The position numbers and the translations under genes are program-made. Of a DNA stretch of 64,000 bases, positions 42,063-52,485 are shown one piece after another. The notes under the pieces are model-generated. The model did no database searches. It was not told where the DNA came from and saw nothing but the letters and a program-made list of their open reading frames with translations. Each line of letters opens with the position of its first letter. Positions within the stretch are counted from its first letter, which is position 1. Source of the DNA: Alphaproteobacteria bacterium (GTDB taxonomy: Bacteria > Pseudomonadota > Alphaproteobacteria > G963923945); NCBI GenBank assembly GCA_963923945.1, contig OZ000551.1, positions 1,557,580-1,621,579 on the forward strand, given 5' to 3'.

Positions 42063-42806
42063 TCATCCATCAATATCAGGCGGCGGGATGTATTGAGGTG
42101 GGTCGTGATCGCCGCGCAGCCGGGCCTCGAAGATCATTTTCAGGGTTTTCCAACTGAACTTTAACAAGAACCCAAAACGTATGGTGCCGGAGCTGGCGTC
42201 CGATTGCGGCGTCAATGTGACCGGCACTTCTGTATAAGTCTCCAATATTGAAAAGAGTCGAATCAGGCTGACCTCGTGATAGCGATAGTCCTTTGGGAAC
42301 GAAATTGACCGGGCCGCGCTGACCGGCCAAACAAAAAGACTATGTCCATCGCGAATGGGACACCGGGTGGCAAGCCGTATAAGCCGGGTGCAGATGATCG
42401 ATAGCAGTCGGCGCAGAGGTTCCCGCTCTTGCATATTGTGTCGATAGGAAATCACCATATCCGCTGCTCCAGCCGCTTTGAAAACCGCAGCGACACCGGA
42501 TGCCTCGAAGGCTTTGTCTCCAGGAATGAGGGTTATGAATGGGTGAGTGGCTCTGGCGAGTGCTGCAGCGTAAGCCGCACCGACGCCTTGATTGGTAGGG
42601 TGATGGATGACGTCAACTTCATCGTACTGGGTTGCCAACAATTCACTGACCGTGTCCGTGCCATCGCTGCTGCCGTCATTCACAATGATCAATTCGAACG
42701 CCTCTAAATGATCCCGGGCGGCAGAAAGAGCTTCTTCAACCGTGCTTCGCAAGCGGTCCGCCTCGTTATAGGCTGGCACGACAATGGTTACGGATGCTCT
42801 ATTCAC
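42063..42806 (-). CDS. family 2 glycosyltransferase (DPM1/GtrB-like soluble catalytic domain)
   Basis: Has the N-terminal motif VVPAYNEADRL, a DXD-like box (IVNDGSSDGT) and GVGAAY; 247 aa. Confidence 0.8.
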   Translation of the reverse strand: MNRASVTIVVPAYNEADRLRSTVEEALSAARDHLEAFELIIVNDGSSDGTDTVSELLATQYDEVDVIHHPTNQGVGAAYAAALARATHPFITLIPGDKAFEASGVAAVFKAAGAADMVISYRHNMQEREPLRRLLSIICTRLIRLATRCPIRDGHSLFVWPVSAARSISFPKDYRYHEVSLIRLFSILETYTEVPVTLTPQSDASSGTIRFGFLLKFSWKTLKMIFEARLRGDHDPPQYIPPPDIDG

Positions 42807-43371
42807 AAGAGACCTGCGTCACGGTTTGTTATCTTTTGACTTGATCTTGCGCAGATATGGCAACACAATACCGGAAATAACGGACATGAGTTTGCGCCTG
42901 CGGGGAACCCGAACCGATGCTGAGCCCATCTCGGCCATCGTGTCCCGCGCGAAGGGAAATCCGTGGTGTGCCAGGTGCTGATGGCCTTTTTCATCCTGTA
43001 GATATGTATGTGCGCCCAGAAAGTTGGCCCGCCCGGCACCAATGGGTTGCTGCGAGTAGGCCTTGGTCTGAATATCCGTCAACGATGGCGGCAGAGAATC
43101 CCGATGGAAGCTCAAATAAAACAATTGTAGAATCCAACATGGCGGTGTATCACTTTCTCTTCAAGAATGGACGGCAATTCGATACTGCCATGATATGCCG
43201 CTCCTTGGGAACCATGGCCAGCCTTCCTGCACCTGCGCTCCAACAAAATCAATATCACACCTGAACCAACGCCAAATCGGTTATCCATCATGCTGATGCG
43301 GCGATAAACTGCGATTGGCTTGCAATAATTTTTAATGCAGAAATGCGAAGACACAGAATAACCCCCCCAAA

Positions 43372-44949
43372 ATGCATCAAAAATTCAATAAATACACCAG
43401 TATATATGTTCTTTTAGTGACGTTTTTACTGTTGTTTTGTGCTTTTGCCACAGCGAAATATTTGGGTCTCAACAAAGCTGATCCGACAAATCGCCTCATG
43501 CATCATGCGATGCCGGTGGCGATGTCGGTACTTTATCAAGGTTGGCCATTCGATTATACCGCAAACAGAGCCTTGGCAATGAAATTTCGCATGTATGAAG
43601 GAGCGCACGAACCGAAAGTTGGATTTACAAGTATTGACCAACTCATCGAAAAATTGAAGGATACTTCATTCGATAAAAGCCAAACATATTTTTGGGTTGT
43701 CGACGATAAAGGATTAGGACTTTACGCCATTATCGCGGGGGCAATATTTGGCCTGAGTCTGAACGGACTTTTTTTATTTTACTTTTTTATCATAGGAGCA
43801 AGTTCGCTCCTTTTCATATATGGAAATAAAAACAGTAAAGAAAACGTCATCATTCTTTATTCTTATCTCGCAGCTTTATGTTTTTTGATTCCAATTTTTA
43901 TTTTTTTGAGTGTCTCGAATCCCGGTCAAGCAATTCATATCAGCGAAGCCCGATTGTTTGGAATGCTCTCAATCCTGCCTATTGTGCATTTGTTTCTTTT
44001 CGGGATTCAAAAAAGAGAAATCCATTCACATGAGATGATCGCGGTCATCGGTCAAGTCATTATCTTTATATTTTTACTGCATATTCGGTCCTCTATGACT
44101 GGTCAAATGGGCATTTTGGTGCTTGCGGTCTTATTATTTGGATGCCGTAGCATAAGAATGAGAAACTGGAACATCAGAGCCATTATTTCCGCAGTGAGTC
44201 TGGTTTTCGCGGTCACTGTGGCCTTGCCGTTATTTGAAAGAATTTTCTTCCACGATCATTATTTCGGAAATTCCGGCCAAAGAACCATATGGCATAATGC
44301 TGTTATGGGACTCGCTTATAATACTCATTTCAAGAAAAATTACTGTTTGGGAGTCGATGATTGGAAATCAGCGCTTGCTGTTTTGAAATATAAATATGGA
44401 ATTGAATTCACCAAAAAAACCGCATGTGATTCCAATCCAAAACTTGATGAGGAAGTCAATACGGCGATGAAATCTATTGGAAATGTAGCAGAGTATAACT
44501 GGGAAGAACATGAAAGAACGGCCAGAAATTTAGTTTTTTCATTACTGCAAAAATACCCGAGAGAAGGTATAGAATTATTTTTTTATAATAAACCAATGAG
44601 TATTTTTTATGAAATAAAAGGTTATTTTCGCAATCTTCAAAATATACTGATGAAAGATCTCGGATTATTATTACTTCTTTCTTCTGGTTTTTTGGTGATG
44701 ATTTTTGGAAGTTTTTTGTTGAGTTTTGTTTTTTTATCTGAAAATTTTAAAGTGAATGTTTTTCCAATAGTTTTTTTCATGGGGATTTTGACAATAGGGG
44801 GAGGTATTCCTCCGTTTTTGTTCTATCCAGCCCTTTCGTCGGTGGCCGGCATTATTCTTTCATTGGCTTTGCTGGTGTTTTTTTGTTTGTCCTTTCTTTC
44901 GGCCATGTTTGGATACAAAATGGCATCTGCGAAAAAAGCCGCCGGATAA
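43372..44949 (+). CDS. low-GC polytopic membrane protein, possible O-antigen ligase/Wzy-type polymerase
   Basis: The 525-aa product has more than 10 predicted TM helices and a large loop containing GNSGQRTIWHNAV, which resembles the Wzy_C SxRxxxW signature. Its codon usage is conspicuously more A/T-rich than the neighbours. Confidence 0.45.
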   Translation: MHQKFNKYTSIYVLLVTFLLLFCAFATAKYLGLNKADPTNRLMHHAMPVAMSVLYQGWPFDYTANRALAMKFRMYEGAHEPKVGFTSIDQLIEKLKDTSFDKSQTYFWVVDDKGLGLYAIIAGAIFGLSLNGLFLFYFFIIGASSLLFIYGNKNSKENVIILYSYLAALCFLIPIFIFLSVSNPGQAIHISEARLFGMLSILPIVHLFLFGIQKREIHSHEMIAVIGQVIIFIFLLHIRSSMTGQMGILVLAVLLFGCRSIRMRNWNIRAIISAVSLVFAVTVALPLFERIFFHDHYFGNSGQRTIWHNAVMGLAYNTHFKKNYCLGVDDWKSALAVLKYKYGIEFTKKTACDSNPKLDEEVNTAMKSIGNVAEYNWEEHERTARNLVFSLLQKYPREGIELFFYNKPMSIFYEIKGYFRNLQNILMKDLGLLLLLSSGFLVMIFGSFLLSFVFLSENFKVNVFPIVFFMGILTIGGGIPPFLFYPALSSVAGIILSLALLVFFCLSFLSAMFGYKMASAKKAAG

Positions 44950-45289
44950 CTCGACATTCTTGCTGTCTGTCCGGGGAAAAAGGGAAAGTGAGCGGCACAT
45001 TCTTGCCGATGCCTGTGGTTTGCTGATGCGTTTTTTAATGCATACCGCTGACTGGCAGAATCATGGTGGTGGTGTCATGGTGGTGGGGGTATTATTCCGT
45101 CAGTTTCTTTTCCTGTTGAAGCGGTATACCAAGAGCGGCTATCAAGGTGACCGGTTTGAGAGTGGGGTGAAAAAATCTCATCGCCGAGTCAATGCTGGGA
45201 CCATTAAATTCTCGGACCAAGTTGAAAAATTCTCTGCGCCGCCGGAACGCTGGATTGTCGAGCGCGCCTTTGCCTGGTTTGGCGACTAA
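44909..45289 (+). pseudogene. C-terminal remnant of a DDE transposase (IS5/IS4 superfamily, DDE_Tnp_1-like)
   Basis: The ORF ends …PPERWIVERAFAWFGD*, matching the conserved C-terminal ERWxVERTFAWL motif of IS5-family transposases. I see no N-terminal catalytic region or inverted repeats. Confidence 0.5.
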
Positions 45290-45348
45290 TGTTGGAAAGC
45301 CAGAATCGCGCATTCATAAAAGCATCCTGCTCATAGAAGCGCCATATA

Positions 45349-46395
45349 ATGGGTTATAATGCGTTTACAATGAGTTCGAATGTTCAATTTGTTGTGAAGA
45401 TTGTGATTGTCATCGCGGTGTTCGGTGTCATTTTGATGTCGGTCGACCGCGACATGCTTTTCAATACAATCAGCAAAGTGACGCCCGCAACCTATCTCAT
45501 CTTGATTGGCATGGTGTTTGTTCAAGCGGGATTTTTAGGCTACCGTTGGCATCTTATAACCCGGCAGGTTGGGGGTGTTTTGCCTATTGGGTCCAGTTAC
45601 TCCGGCACCCTTGTCAGTTTCTTCTTTTCACAAGGTTTGCCGTCATCCGTAGGTGGAGACGTTCAGCGAATATGGTGGCTTAAGGCGCGCCATGACATTC
45701 CGGTTGGCCAAGCAGCCCGCAGCGTCCTGCTTGATCGGGTCGCTGGGCTGGTTTCGCTTCTCATTCTTTGTGCTGTCAGTGTCGTGCTGTTGGAAAGACG
45801 GGTCGATAGTGAGATTTTTGACCGGCTCGGTACCCTTCTTATGATCACCATCGCAGGCGGATTGGGCATACTGGCACTGGCGGTGGTGCCGTTTCGCTAT
45901 GGAGTCTCTCAATGGCTGCGCACCCTTTCGGATCGAATGCCCAAACGATTCAGCCAATTCTTGCTCTGGCTGGTGGCGTTTCGCGAGAACTTTGTGGGGT
46001 TGCGCCCGGGGCCGGCCACCGCGATTATGCTTATTGGTGTGACGATTCATTTGGTGAGCGTGGCGTTGGGTTATGTGGTTACCCGAGACTTGGTGCTGGG
46101 TCTGACATTTCTTGATTGTGTGGCTTTGATCGCGCCGGCATTGTTGCTGAGCTATTTGCCGATTTCGATCGCTGGCTGGGGGGTGCGAGAAGCGTCCTTG
46201 ATCGGTGCGTTCAGCTTGATGGGTGTGTCGCTGGAAGCCGGATTGACGGTTTCTCTGATCCTCGGATTCAGCTTCCTGATCACATCGCTTTTCGGGGGAT
46301 TGCTGTGGCTGTTTAGCGGGGCTCGGGGCACTTGGGTCCGTGGTGGTGGAACGGCACTGACCAAACCGGAAACGCCGCCGCTGTCAAGGCAGTAG
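45349..46395 (+). CDS. flippase-like / lysylphosphatidylglycerol-synthase-TM-domain (UPF0104) membrane protein
   Basis: The 348-aa product has about 8 TM helices and a conserved Arg-rich loop (QRIWWLKARHDIPVGQAARSVLLDRVAGL). Confidence 0.55.
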   Translation: MGYNAFTMSSNVQFVVKIVIVIAVFGVILMSVDRDMLFNTISKVTPATYLILIGMVFVQAGFLGYRWHLITRQVGGVLPIGSSYSGTLVSFFFSQGLPSSVGGDVQRIWWLKARHDIPVGQAARSVLLDRVAGLVSLLILCAVSVVLLERRVDSEIFDRLGTLLMITIAGGLGILALAVVPFRYGVSQWLRTLSDRMPKRFSQFLLWLVAFRENFVGLRPGPATAIMLIGVTIHLVSVALGYVVTRDLVLGLTFLDCVALIAPALLLSYLPISIAGWGVREASLIGAFSLMGVSLEAGLTVSLILGFSFLITSLFGGLLWLFSGARGTWVRGGGTALTKPETPPLSRQ

Positions 46396-46402
46396 CATTG
46401 CA

Positions 46403-46915
46403 ATGGAATTCGTCCCTGCTTTTTCGGTCTGGACCGCTCTGAGCGGGCTGGTGTTTCTTCCTGTTTTGTTGGCACTTCTCGCGCGACCCCCTTTCAAACT
46501 TCGGCCGCCGGGGCGGCGGTTCCAATTATCGGCCCTGATCATCTTCATCAGTTGGGCGGCGGCCCAATTCACCCAAGATGCCCCTGAAAGCCAAGACCTC
46601 TTGATTGGCGGTATTCTCCTCACCGGTGGCCTGCTCTGCGCCTCTACTCTTTGGACTCTTTTGGCATGGGGCTTTACGGTCTTCTTGCTGCTGGCCCTGG
46701 CCGGGAACCGTGATGCCCCGTCATTGGATGATTGGATTGCCCGCTACACGGCGGGGCGAGGCGTGACCATGTTCACCCGGGATAGGGCCGGGGTTCTGCT
46801 GCGATTCGGTTTGGCCCGGGTGGTCGATGGTCGATTTCGGATCACCGACTGGCCGGGACGCAAAGTTTTGGCAGCGGCGCGCCTGGTCGCCAGAATCTTC
46901 GGAATTGCCCTATGA
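46403..46915 (+). CDS. membrane protein with C-terminal winged-helix-like domain (paralog A)
   Basis: The 170-aa product has 3-4 TM helices and a C-terminus RDRAGVLLRFGLARVVDGRFRITDWPGRKVLAAARLVARIFG. It is coupled to the upstream gene by an 8-nt gap and to the downstream gene by an ATGA overlap. Confidence 0.4.
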   Translation: MEFVPAFSVWTALSGLVFLPVLLALLARPPFKLRPPGRRFQLSALIIFISWAAAQFTQDAPESQDLLIGGILLTGGLLCASTLWTLLAWGFTVFLLLALAGNRDAPSLDDWIARYTAGRGVTMFTRDRAGVLLRFGLARVVDGRFRITDWPGRKVLAAARLVARIFGIAL

Positions 46916-47457
46916 CCGGTGAAGCCGCATCCTTCGGGCTGGGTTTCATGAGCCTGTTTGTCCATGTTGCTGTGACGTTGGGGTTGCTGTGGACCCTTCG
47001 TGATCGGTCACCGGTCATACTTCAATTATTCTCCGCATTGATTGCCGAGACCCTGTTTGTTGCTGTTGGTTTGATTATTGATCCGGTGATCGATTTTTGG
47101 ATTGGCAGCGTTATGATTGGATTTGGCGCGGTGCTCCTGCTGTTTGTTCATTCAGCCTTGTACAAGTCGGTATCATTGCGCATGTTGGCCGCGCTGGCCA
47201 GATCCCCTGACCCTGAGACCGATATTCATAGGATCAGCGAAGAGGTTACCCGGCCGTTATTTGCTGACCGGGTGGGGGTTTTGATAGAGATGGGATATGT
47301 CTGCGTAGAGCGGCGATGCGGCATGGAATGCTATGCGGTTACCGAGGCCGGCCAGCACTTCGTCGCCCGGTTGGCCGGGGTTCAACGGCTATTTGGCGTT
47401 GATGCCAACGGCTTTTATGACTCAGGACCAAACAACCGCCGACAACGTGATCTCTAA
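46912..47457 (+). CDS. membrane protein with C-terminal winged-helix-like domain (paralog B)
   Basis: The 181-aa product has 3 TM helices and a C-terminus ADRVGVLIEMGYVCVERRCGMECYAVTEAGQHFVARLAGVQRLFG. That region aligns position-by-position with paralog A (xDRxGVLxxxGxxxVxxR…YxxTxxGxxxxARLxxxxRxFG). Confidence 0.4.
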   Translation: MTGEAASFGLGFMSLFVHVAVTLGLLWTLRDRSPVILQLFSALIAETLFVAVGLIIDPVIDFWIGSVMIGFGAVLLLFVHSALYKSVSLRMLAALARSPDPETDIHRISEEVTRPLFADRVGVLIEMGYVCVERRCGMECYAVTEAGQHFVARLAGVQRLFGVDANGFYDSGPNNRRQRDL

Positions 47458-47546
47458 ATCCTGGCACTCCAGCATATTGAGAGTTTTGGCGGGCACCATC
47501 ACCCCATCGCCGGTTGAGGACATCTATAATACCAGACCGGCATCAC

Positions 47547-49091
47547 TCATTTCTCAATCACCGCTTTGTGATAGCCGCCGATTTTGGCCAGGTTATTGAG
47601 GGATTGGGAAACAGTATCTTCGGGTAAAGGAAACGCGGTATCGGTGATTTTCAGCTTCACAACCTCTTTTTCAACCATCAGATGGCTCTGCTTGAAAAAA
47701 GTCTTGATCCCTCCGGAAGCTTGATACGCCAGATGAAGAGCCGCCCCGCATAAAGCGGCTTGGTGCACTCCATCGCCGCCCAGCAAGGATGTGATACCCG
47801 AGGCGACGTGATCGGACATTTGGCCACCATAGCGAATAAAAACAGCCAGAGCGATATAGGCCCGTCCGGGATGATCAATTCCATAAAGCGGCATCCATAA
47901 TATATGTTGCAAGGCTTGGACAGCCCGATAATCGGAATATTCTTGCCAAGCAATGTCGGAAAAACAGCACGCGGCCAGCCGCAGACGTTGCTTTTCTGGA
48001 TCGACATTGCTGCCGAATAAGGGGGCAATCCATTGTTCCAAGACCGGCCCCAATCGACCAAAACGGCCAAAGCGTTCCTCATATTCCAGAGCCATGCTTT
48101 CCAGAGGATCTTGGGCCAAAATGGCCGCCGGGAGATTATTCAAGAGACAGCCTTCGCGTAATCCGGTCGATGGAAAAACCACGCCCGCCGGTTTCATGCG
48201 TTGCAAAATAATAGTCAAAATGCTGGCTGCATAAGGTAAGATTTCAACCCGACGGCTGGGAATCCCTTTGATTCCAGACAAGGATTGCCGACTTTGGCGG
48301 CTGATCAATCGGACCAAATTATCAATATCCCGGGTCGCGGCTTGATATCCTTGGAGCAACCGCAATGGATAATTCCTATGGGCCATATGCAGACGTGCAA
48401 ACACCCGCCACGCCCCGCCAATCGCATAGAAATTCTGGCCCTGATGATCTTGGAGAAAATCAGCCTTTTTCAATTCTTTTCTGATCAGACGATGAATCTT
48501 GGCTTGATGCGCATCCCCGCGGTCAGCCAGTCGCAACGGTCCGATGGGTAAGGAAACAACCGCCCCGACTTTGTGATTCTCCAAGACCGCCAATTCCAAA
48601 CTGCCGCCACCCAAATCACCGGCAATCCCAGAGGCCTGAGGGCAAGAGGCCAGAACCCCGGTGGCGGCCAGCCGACCTTCCTCGGCCCCGGTCAAAACCC
48701 GCACCCGGTGCGAGAAAATCTGCTCGACCCGGTCGACGAATACAGCACCATCCTTTGCTTCACGTACCGCAGCAGTGGCCAGAATATCCAATCTCTCAAC
48801 CGCCATCGCCTGGATGATCATCACAAAGCGTTGCAGGGTCTCCAAGGCCGCAACCACACCGTGTGGATTGAGCAATCGGGTGGTTTGCAGACCGCGTCCC
48901 AAGCCGCAAATAGAGCGTTCGTTGAACAAAACACCCGGAACCCGACCCAAGCCATCATAAATGACCAAGCGGACCGAGTTGGAGCCGATATCAATAATCC
49001 CGACCCGCTTTTGTGCTTGTTTCTGTGATCTCTTCTCAAAAAGAGGGAAAACAGGCCGAAACTGCTGAGAAAGGGAAAAAATTGATGGCAT
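47547..49091 (-). CDS. ppx: exopolyphosphatase / guanosine pentaphosphate phosphohydrolase (Ppx/GppA family)
   Basis: The 514-aa product has the ASKHA-fold N-terminus (VGIIDIGSNSVRLVIY) followed by an HD-like C-terminal domain. Confidence 0.85.
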   Translation of the reverse strand: MPSIFSLSQQFRPVFPLFEKRSQKQAQKRVGIIDIGSNSVRLVIYDGLGRVPGVLFNERSICGLGRGLQTTRLLNPHGVVAALETLQRFVMIIQAMAVERLDILATAAVREAKDGAVFVDRVEQIFSHRVRVLTGAEEGRLAATGVLASCPQASGIAGDLGGGSLELAVLENHKVGAVVSLPIGPLRLADRGDAHQAKIHRLIRKELKKADFLQDHQGQNFYAIGGAWRVFARLHMAHRNYPLRLLQGYQAATRDIDNLVRLISRQSRQSLSGIKGIPSRRVEILPYAASILTIILQRMKPAGVVFPSTGLREGCLLNNLPAAILAQDPLESMALEYEERFGRFGRLGPVLEQWIAPLFGSNVDPEKQRLRLAACCFSDIAWQEYSDYRAVQALQHILWMPLYGIDHPGRAYIALAVFIRYGGQMSDHVASGITSLLGGDGVHQAALCGAALHLAYQASGGIKTFFKQSHLMVEKEVVKLKITDTAFPLPEDTVSQSLNNLAKIGGYHKAVIEK

Positions 49092-49360
49092 GGAAAACGA
49101 CGCGTATGCAAAAGCGGGAAGTCTTCTCTTTTCGTTGAGAATTTTCCTCGGTGTGGTGAGAATTTTTTTAATTCAGTGAGAATTTTTCTTGATCAAGTAC
49201 AGTCTTCAATCAGGATGATTCATCTTCAAGGGTGGCTCATTTCTTGGTCAGTGATTGAGAATCAGTCTGATATCGTGACCTTGTATGGTGATTTTAGTCT
49301 ATTGCAGAACTGAAGAACGGCGAGGCGGGGTTGAAAACCCAAAATGCGATTCGACTTTTT

Positions 49361-51541
49361 CTACCCGGTCCTTAAGGAGAGGTGGGCGACCGTATGATCA
49401 TTTTTTAAGGCACTGCCACGTCCCGATAAGCTCGGATTGGTCATGAAATATTGATGGGCGGAAAAACCGGCTTTACCGGCGTCAAAACGCCGATAGCTGC
49501 CATCGGCCTGCAAGGCCCAACTCTGTTCATGATCATTCAGGTTGGCGATCATGACTTGATTCATGACTTGTTGTTTCACGGTGGCGTTTTCGATCGGCAC
49601 CATGACCTCGACTCGTCGATCAAGATTGCGTTTCATCCAATCGGCGGATGATATATAAACCGCCGCTTCCGGGTCTGGCAGACCTTTGCCGTCACCAAAG
49701 CAAAAGACCCGGCTGTGTTCCAAAAAGCGTCCAATGATGCTTTTGACCCGAATTGTTTCTGAAAGCCCAGAAATTCCCGGCCTCAAGCAACAGATACCAC
49801 GGACAATCAGATCAATCTCGACCCCGGCTTGGGATGCCTTATACAGGGCCTCAATGATTTCCCGATCGACCAGGGCATTCATTTTGGCCCAAATCGCTGC
49901 CGGACGACCGGCTTGGGCATGGTCGATTTCAGCATGAATATGGTTGAGCAGGCTTTCGCGCAAGGTAAATGGGGCAACCGCGATTTTTTCCATCTTCTCA
50001 GGCTTGGCATAGCCGGTCATGAAGTTGAACATTTTACCCGCATCCCGACAAAATGCCGGATCAGCGGTAAAAAAGGACAGATCAGTATAAATTTTGGCGG
50101 TCAGCGGATGATAATTACCGGTGCCAAAATGGATATAAGAACGCAGATTGTCCCCCTCACGGCGCACCACCAAGGACACCTTGGCATGGGTCTTTAATTC
50201 GATGAAGCCGTAAACCACCTGGACCCCGGCCCGTTCCAAATCCCGGGCCCAGCGGATATTGCGTTCCTCATCAAAACGGGCCTTCAACTCGACCAGAGCG
50301 GTGACCGACTTTCCGGACTCAGCGGCCTCAATCAGAGCCGCAACAATGGGAGAATTTTCACCCGTGCGGTAAAGGGTTTGCTTGATCGCCACCACCGCCG
50401 GATCACGCGCGGCCTGACGGATGAATTGAACAACAACATCAAAACTTTCATAAGGATGGTGAACAATAATATCTTTTGTCCGAATGGCGGCCAGGCAGTC
50501 ACCACCAAAATCGCGGATACGTTCGGGAAAACGGGCACTATAGGGGGTGAATAAAAGATCATGACGCTCATCAGTGATCAGATTTAGGATATCGGATAAA
50601 CCAACAACACCGCTGGTGTGGTAAGCCGATTCGGCATCAACCGCCAATTCTTCAACCAGGAAATTTTGCAAAGATTCCGGCATGCCTTCATTAACGCCCA
50701 AGCCAATGACAACACCGCGTCGACGCCGCTTCAAGGCACTCTCAAAAGAGCTGGCCAAGTCTTCGGCTTCTTCCTCTATCTCCAAGTCACTGTCTCGAAT
50801 GACCCGAAAAACCCCGTAAGACACCACCCCCATACCCGGAAACAAGCTGTCGAGAAAGAGGCTGATGGCATCTTCCAGCAAAATAAAGCGGCTTTCCTCT
50901 CCAGGCAGGCGGATAAAACGGTCCAGATAATTGGGCAACGGAATAATACCATTGAAGGGGTCGGTCTCTTTGGGGCGCAGCAGCTGAACCGCCAGGCTCA
51001 GACCAAGATTGGGGATAAAAGGAAAAGGATGGGCCGGATCGATGGCAATCGGGGTGAGAACTGGGAAAATGTCGGCCATGTAACGGGCGTGTAACCACTG
51101 CCGATCATCCACGTCCAGTTCTTTGGGTCCGAGAACCGCAATGCCTTGTCCCCGCATTTCTTGTTTGAGTTCTTCCCAACAGGCATCTTGCCGGGCCAGT
51201 AAATCATCAATCCCGGTATCGATTTCTTTTAATTGCTGGGCTGGAGTCCGGCCATCAAGGCTGGTCTGGGTGATTCCCTCGCGGACCATCTCCTTAAGAC
51301 CGGCCACTCTGACCATGCGAAATTCATCAAGATTGCTGCCCGAGATGGATAGGAATCGAATCCGTTCCAGCAATGGATGGGCGCGATTGGCCGCTTCCTC
51401 CATCACCCGAAGATTGAACGCCAACCACGATAATTCACGATTGATGTAACGTTCCTCGGGCCGTGACAAATCCATTCCCGACGGCGATTCAGCCGGTGAT
51501 GATTCTTCAGCTGGGGTTAGAATTTTGGCAACACGGCTCAT
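49361..51541 (-). CDS. ppk: polyphosphate kinase 1
   Basis: The 726-aa product has the PPK1 N-domain ([21 protein letters not shown]) and two PLD-like HKD regions. Confidence 0.95.
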   Translation of the reverse strand: MSRVAKILTPAEESSPAESPSGMDLSRPEERYINRELSWLAFNLRVMEEAANRAHPLLERIRFLSISGSNLDEFRMVRVAGLKEMVREGITQTSLDGRTPAQQLKEIDTGIDDLLARQDACWEELKQEMRGQGIAVLGPKELDVDDRQWLHARYMADIFPVLTPIAIDPAHPFPFIPNLGLSLAVQLLRPKETDPFNGIIPLPNYLDRFIRLPGEESRFILLEDAISLFLDSLFPGMGVVSYGVFRVIRDSDLEIEEEAEDLASSFESALKRRRRGVVIGLGVNEGMPESLQNFLVEELAVDAESAYHTSGVVGLSDILNLITDERHDLLFTPYSARFPERIRDFGGDCLAAIRTKDIIVHHPYESFDVVVQFIRQAARDPAVVAIKQTLYRTGENSPIVAALIEAAESGKSVTALVELKARFDEERNIRWARDLERAGVQVVYGFIELKTHAKVSLVVRREGDNLRSYIHFGTGNYHPLTAKIYTDLSFFTADPAFCRDAGKMFNFMTGYAKPEKMEKIAVAPFTLRESLLNHIHAEIDHAQAGRPAAIWAKMNALVDREIIEALYKASQAGVEIDLIVRGICCLRPGISGLSETIRVKSIIGRFLEHSRVFCFGDGKGLPDPEAAVYISSADWMKRNLDRRVEVMVPIENATVKQQVMNQVMIANLNDHEQSWALQADGSYRRFDAGKAGFSAHQYFMTNPSLSGRGSALKNDHTVAHLSLRTG

Positions 51542-51886
51542 GATGATTTTGATGCGATGATTTTGATATGATAATCTTAATATTAGGGGTTTTGGGTATT
51601 GAGAACATATCTTTCACATACCCGAAAAAGCAACCCAAGGCCGCAACCGCGATAACAATACACGGAAATATACGGAAACAAAAATACAAACAAAAAAATC
51701 ATGTCCCAATTGATTATGGCGGTCATCGTCTCCAAAATAGAACCAAGCCAGAATAATCGGCAACAAACCACGCCAAATGATGGATCAAGAATACGCCGAA
51801 TCAAAAGTGATCACTCACGATCATATTCTGGTGGCGATAAAGGATTGATGCGGTGATCACAAGGATCAGAGAAGCACAATGCTTGA

Positions 51887-52435
51887 ATGATAATCATGTC
51901 TGAAGCCCGGACCCTATTCATTTTGCGTCACGCCAAATCCGACTGGGGCGGCCCGATGCGTTCCGATAAAGACCGGCCGCTCAATCAGCGCGGGCACCAA
52001 GCAACCAAAATAATGGCGGCCTTTATGACTCGGTGCGGATACCACCCGGATGCGGTTTTTTGTTCGACCGCGCGGCGCACGGTCGAGACCTGGAGCGGGC
52101 TGGAGAATGCTTGGGTTGGCCGGAAAGAAAAGCCGCAGGTTTTGATGATGGATCGGCTTTACCTGGCCTCGGCGGCCAGTGCTTTGGCGGTGATCCAAGG
52201 CTGTGATGATCGCCATCATTGTCTTTTGGTACTTGGCCATAACCCGGGTTGGGGTGATCTTGCCTTGGGCCTGAGCGGTGCGGGTGAGCCGGAGGCTCTG
52301 GAGGCTCTTAGTGAAAAATTCCCCACTACCGCTCTGGCGGTGATTGATTTTGCTGTTTCTTCTTGGGCCGAAGTGACATGGCAGGCCGGGGTTCTGCGCG
52401 ATTATCAAACCCCTAAACGGATCAATTCTCAGTGA
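51887..52435 (+). CDS. sixA: histidine phosphatase family protein, SixA-like phosphohistidine phosphatase
   Basis: Contains the RHG motif (LFILRHAKSDW) and a second catalytic His region (LVLGHNPG); 182 aa. Confidence 0.7.
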   Translation: MIIMSEARTLFILRHAKSDWGGPMRSDKDRPLNQRGHQATKIMAAFMTRCGYHPDAVFCSTARRTVETWSGLENAWVGRKEKPQVLMMDRLYLASAASALAVIQGCDDRHHCLLVLGHNPGWGDLALGLSGAGEPEALEALSEKFPTTALAVIDFAVSSWAEVTWQAGVLRDYQTPKRINSQ

Positions 52436-52485
52436 TCATGTTTTCTTGCCAAGATGATTCTGAGGACTCCCAAATTTTTATAAAT

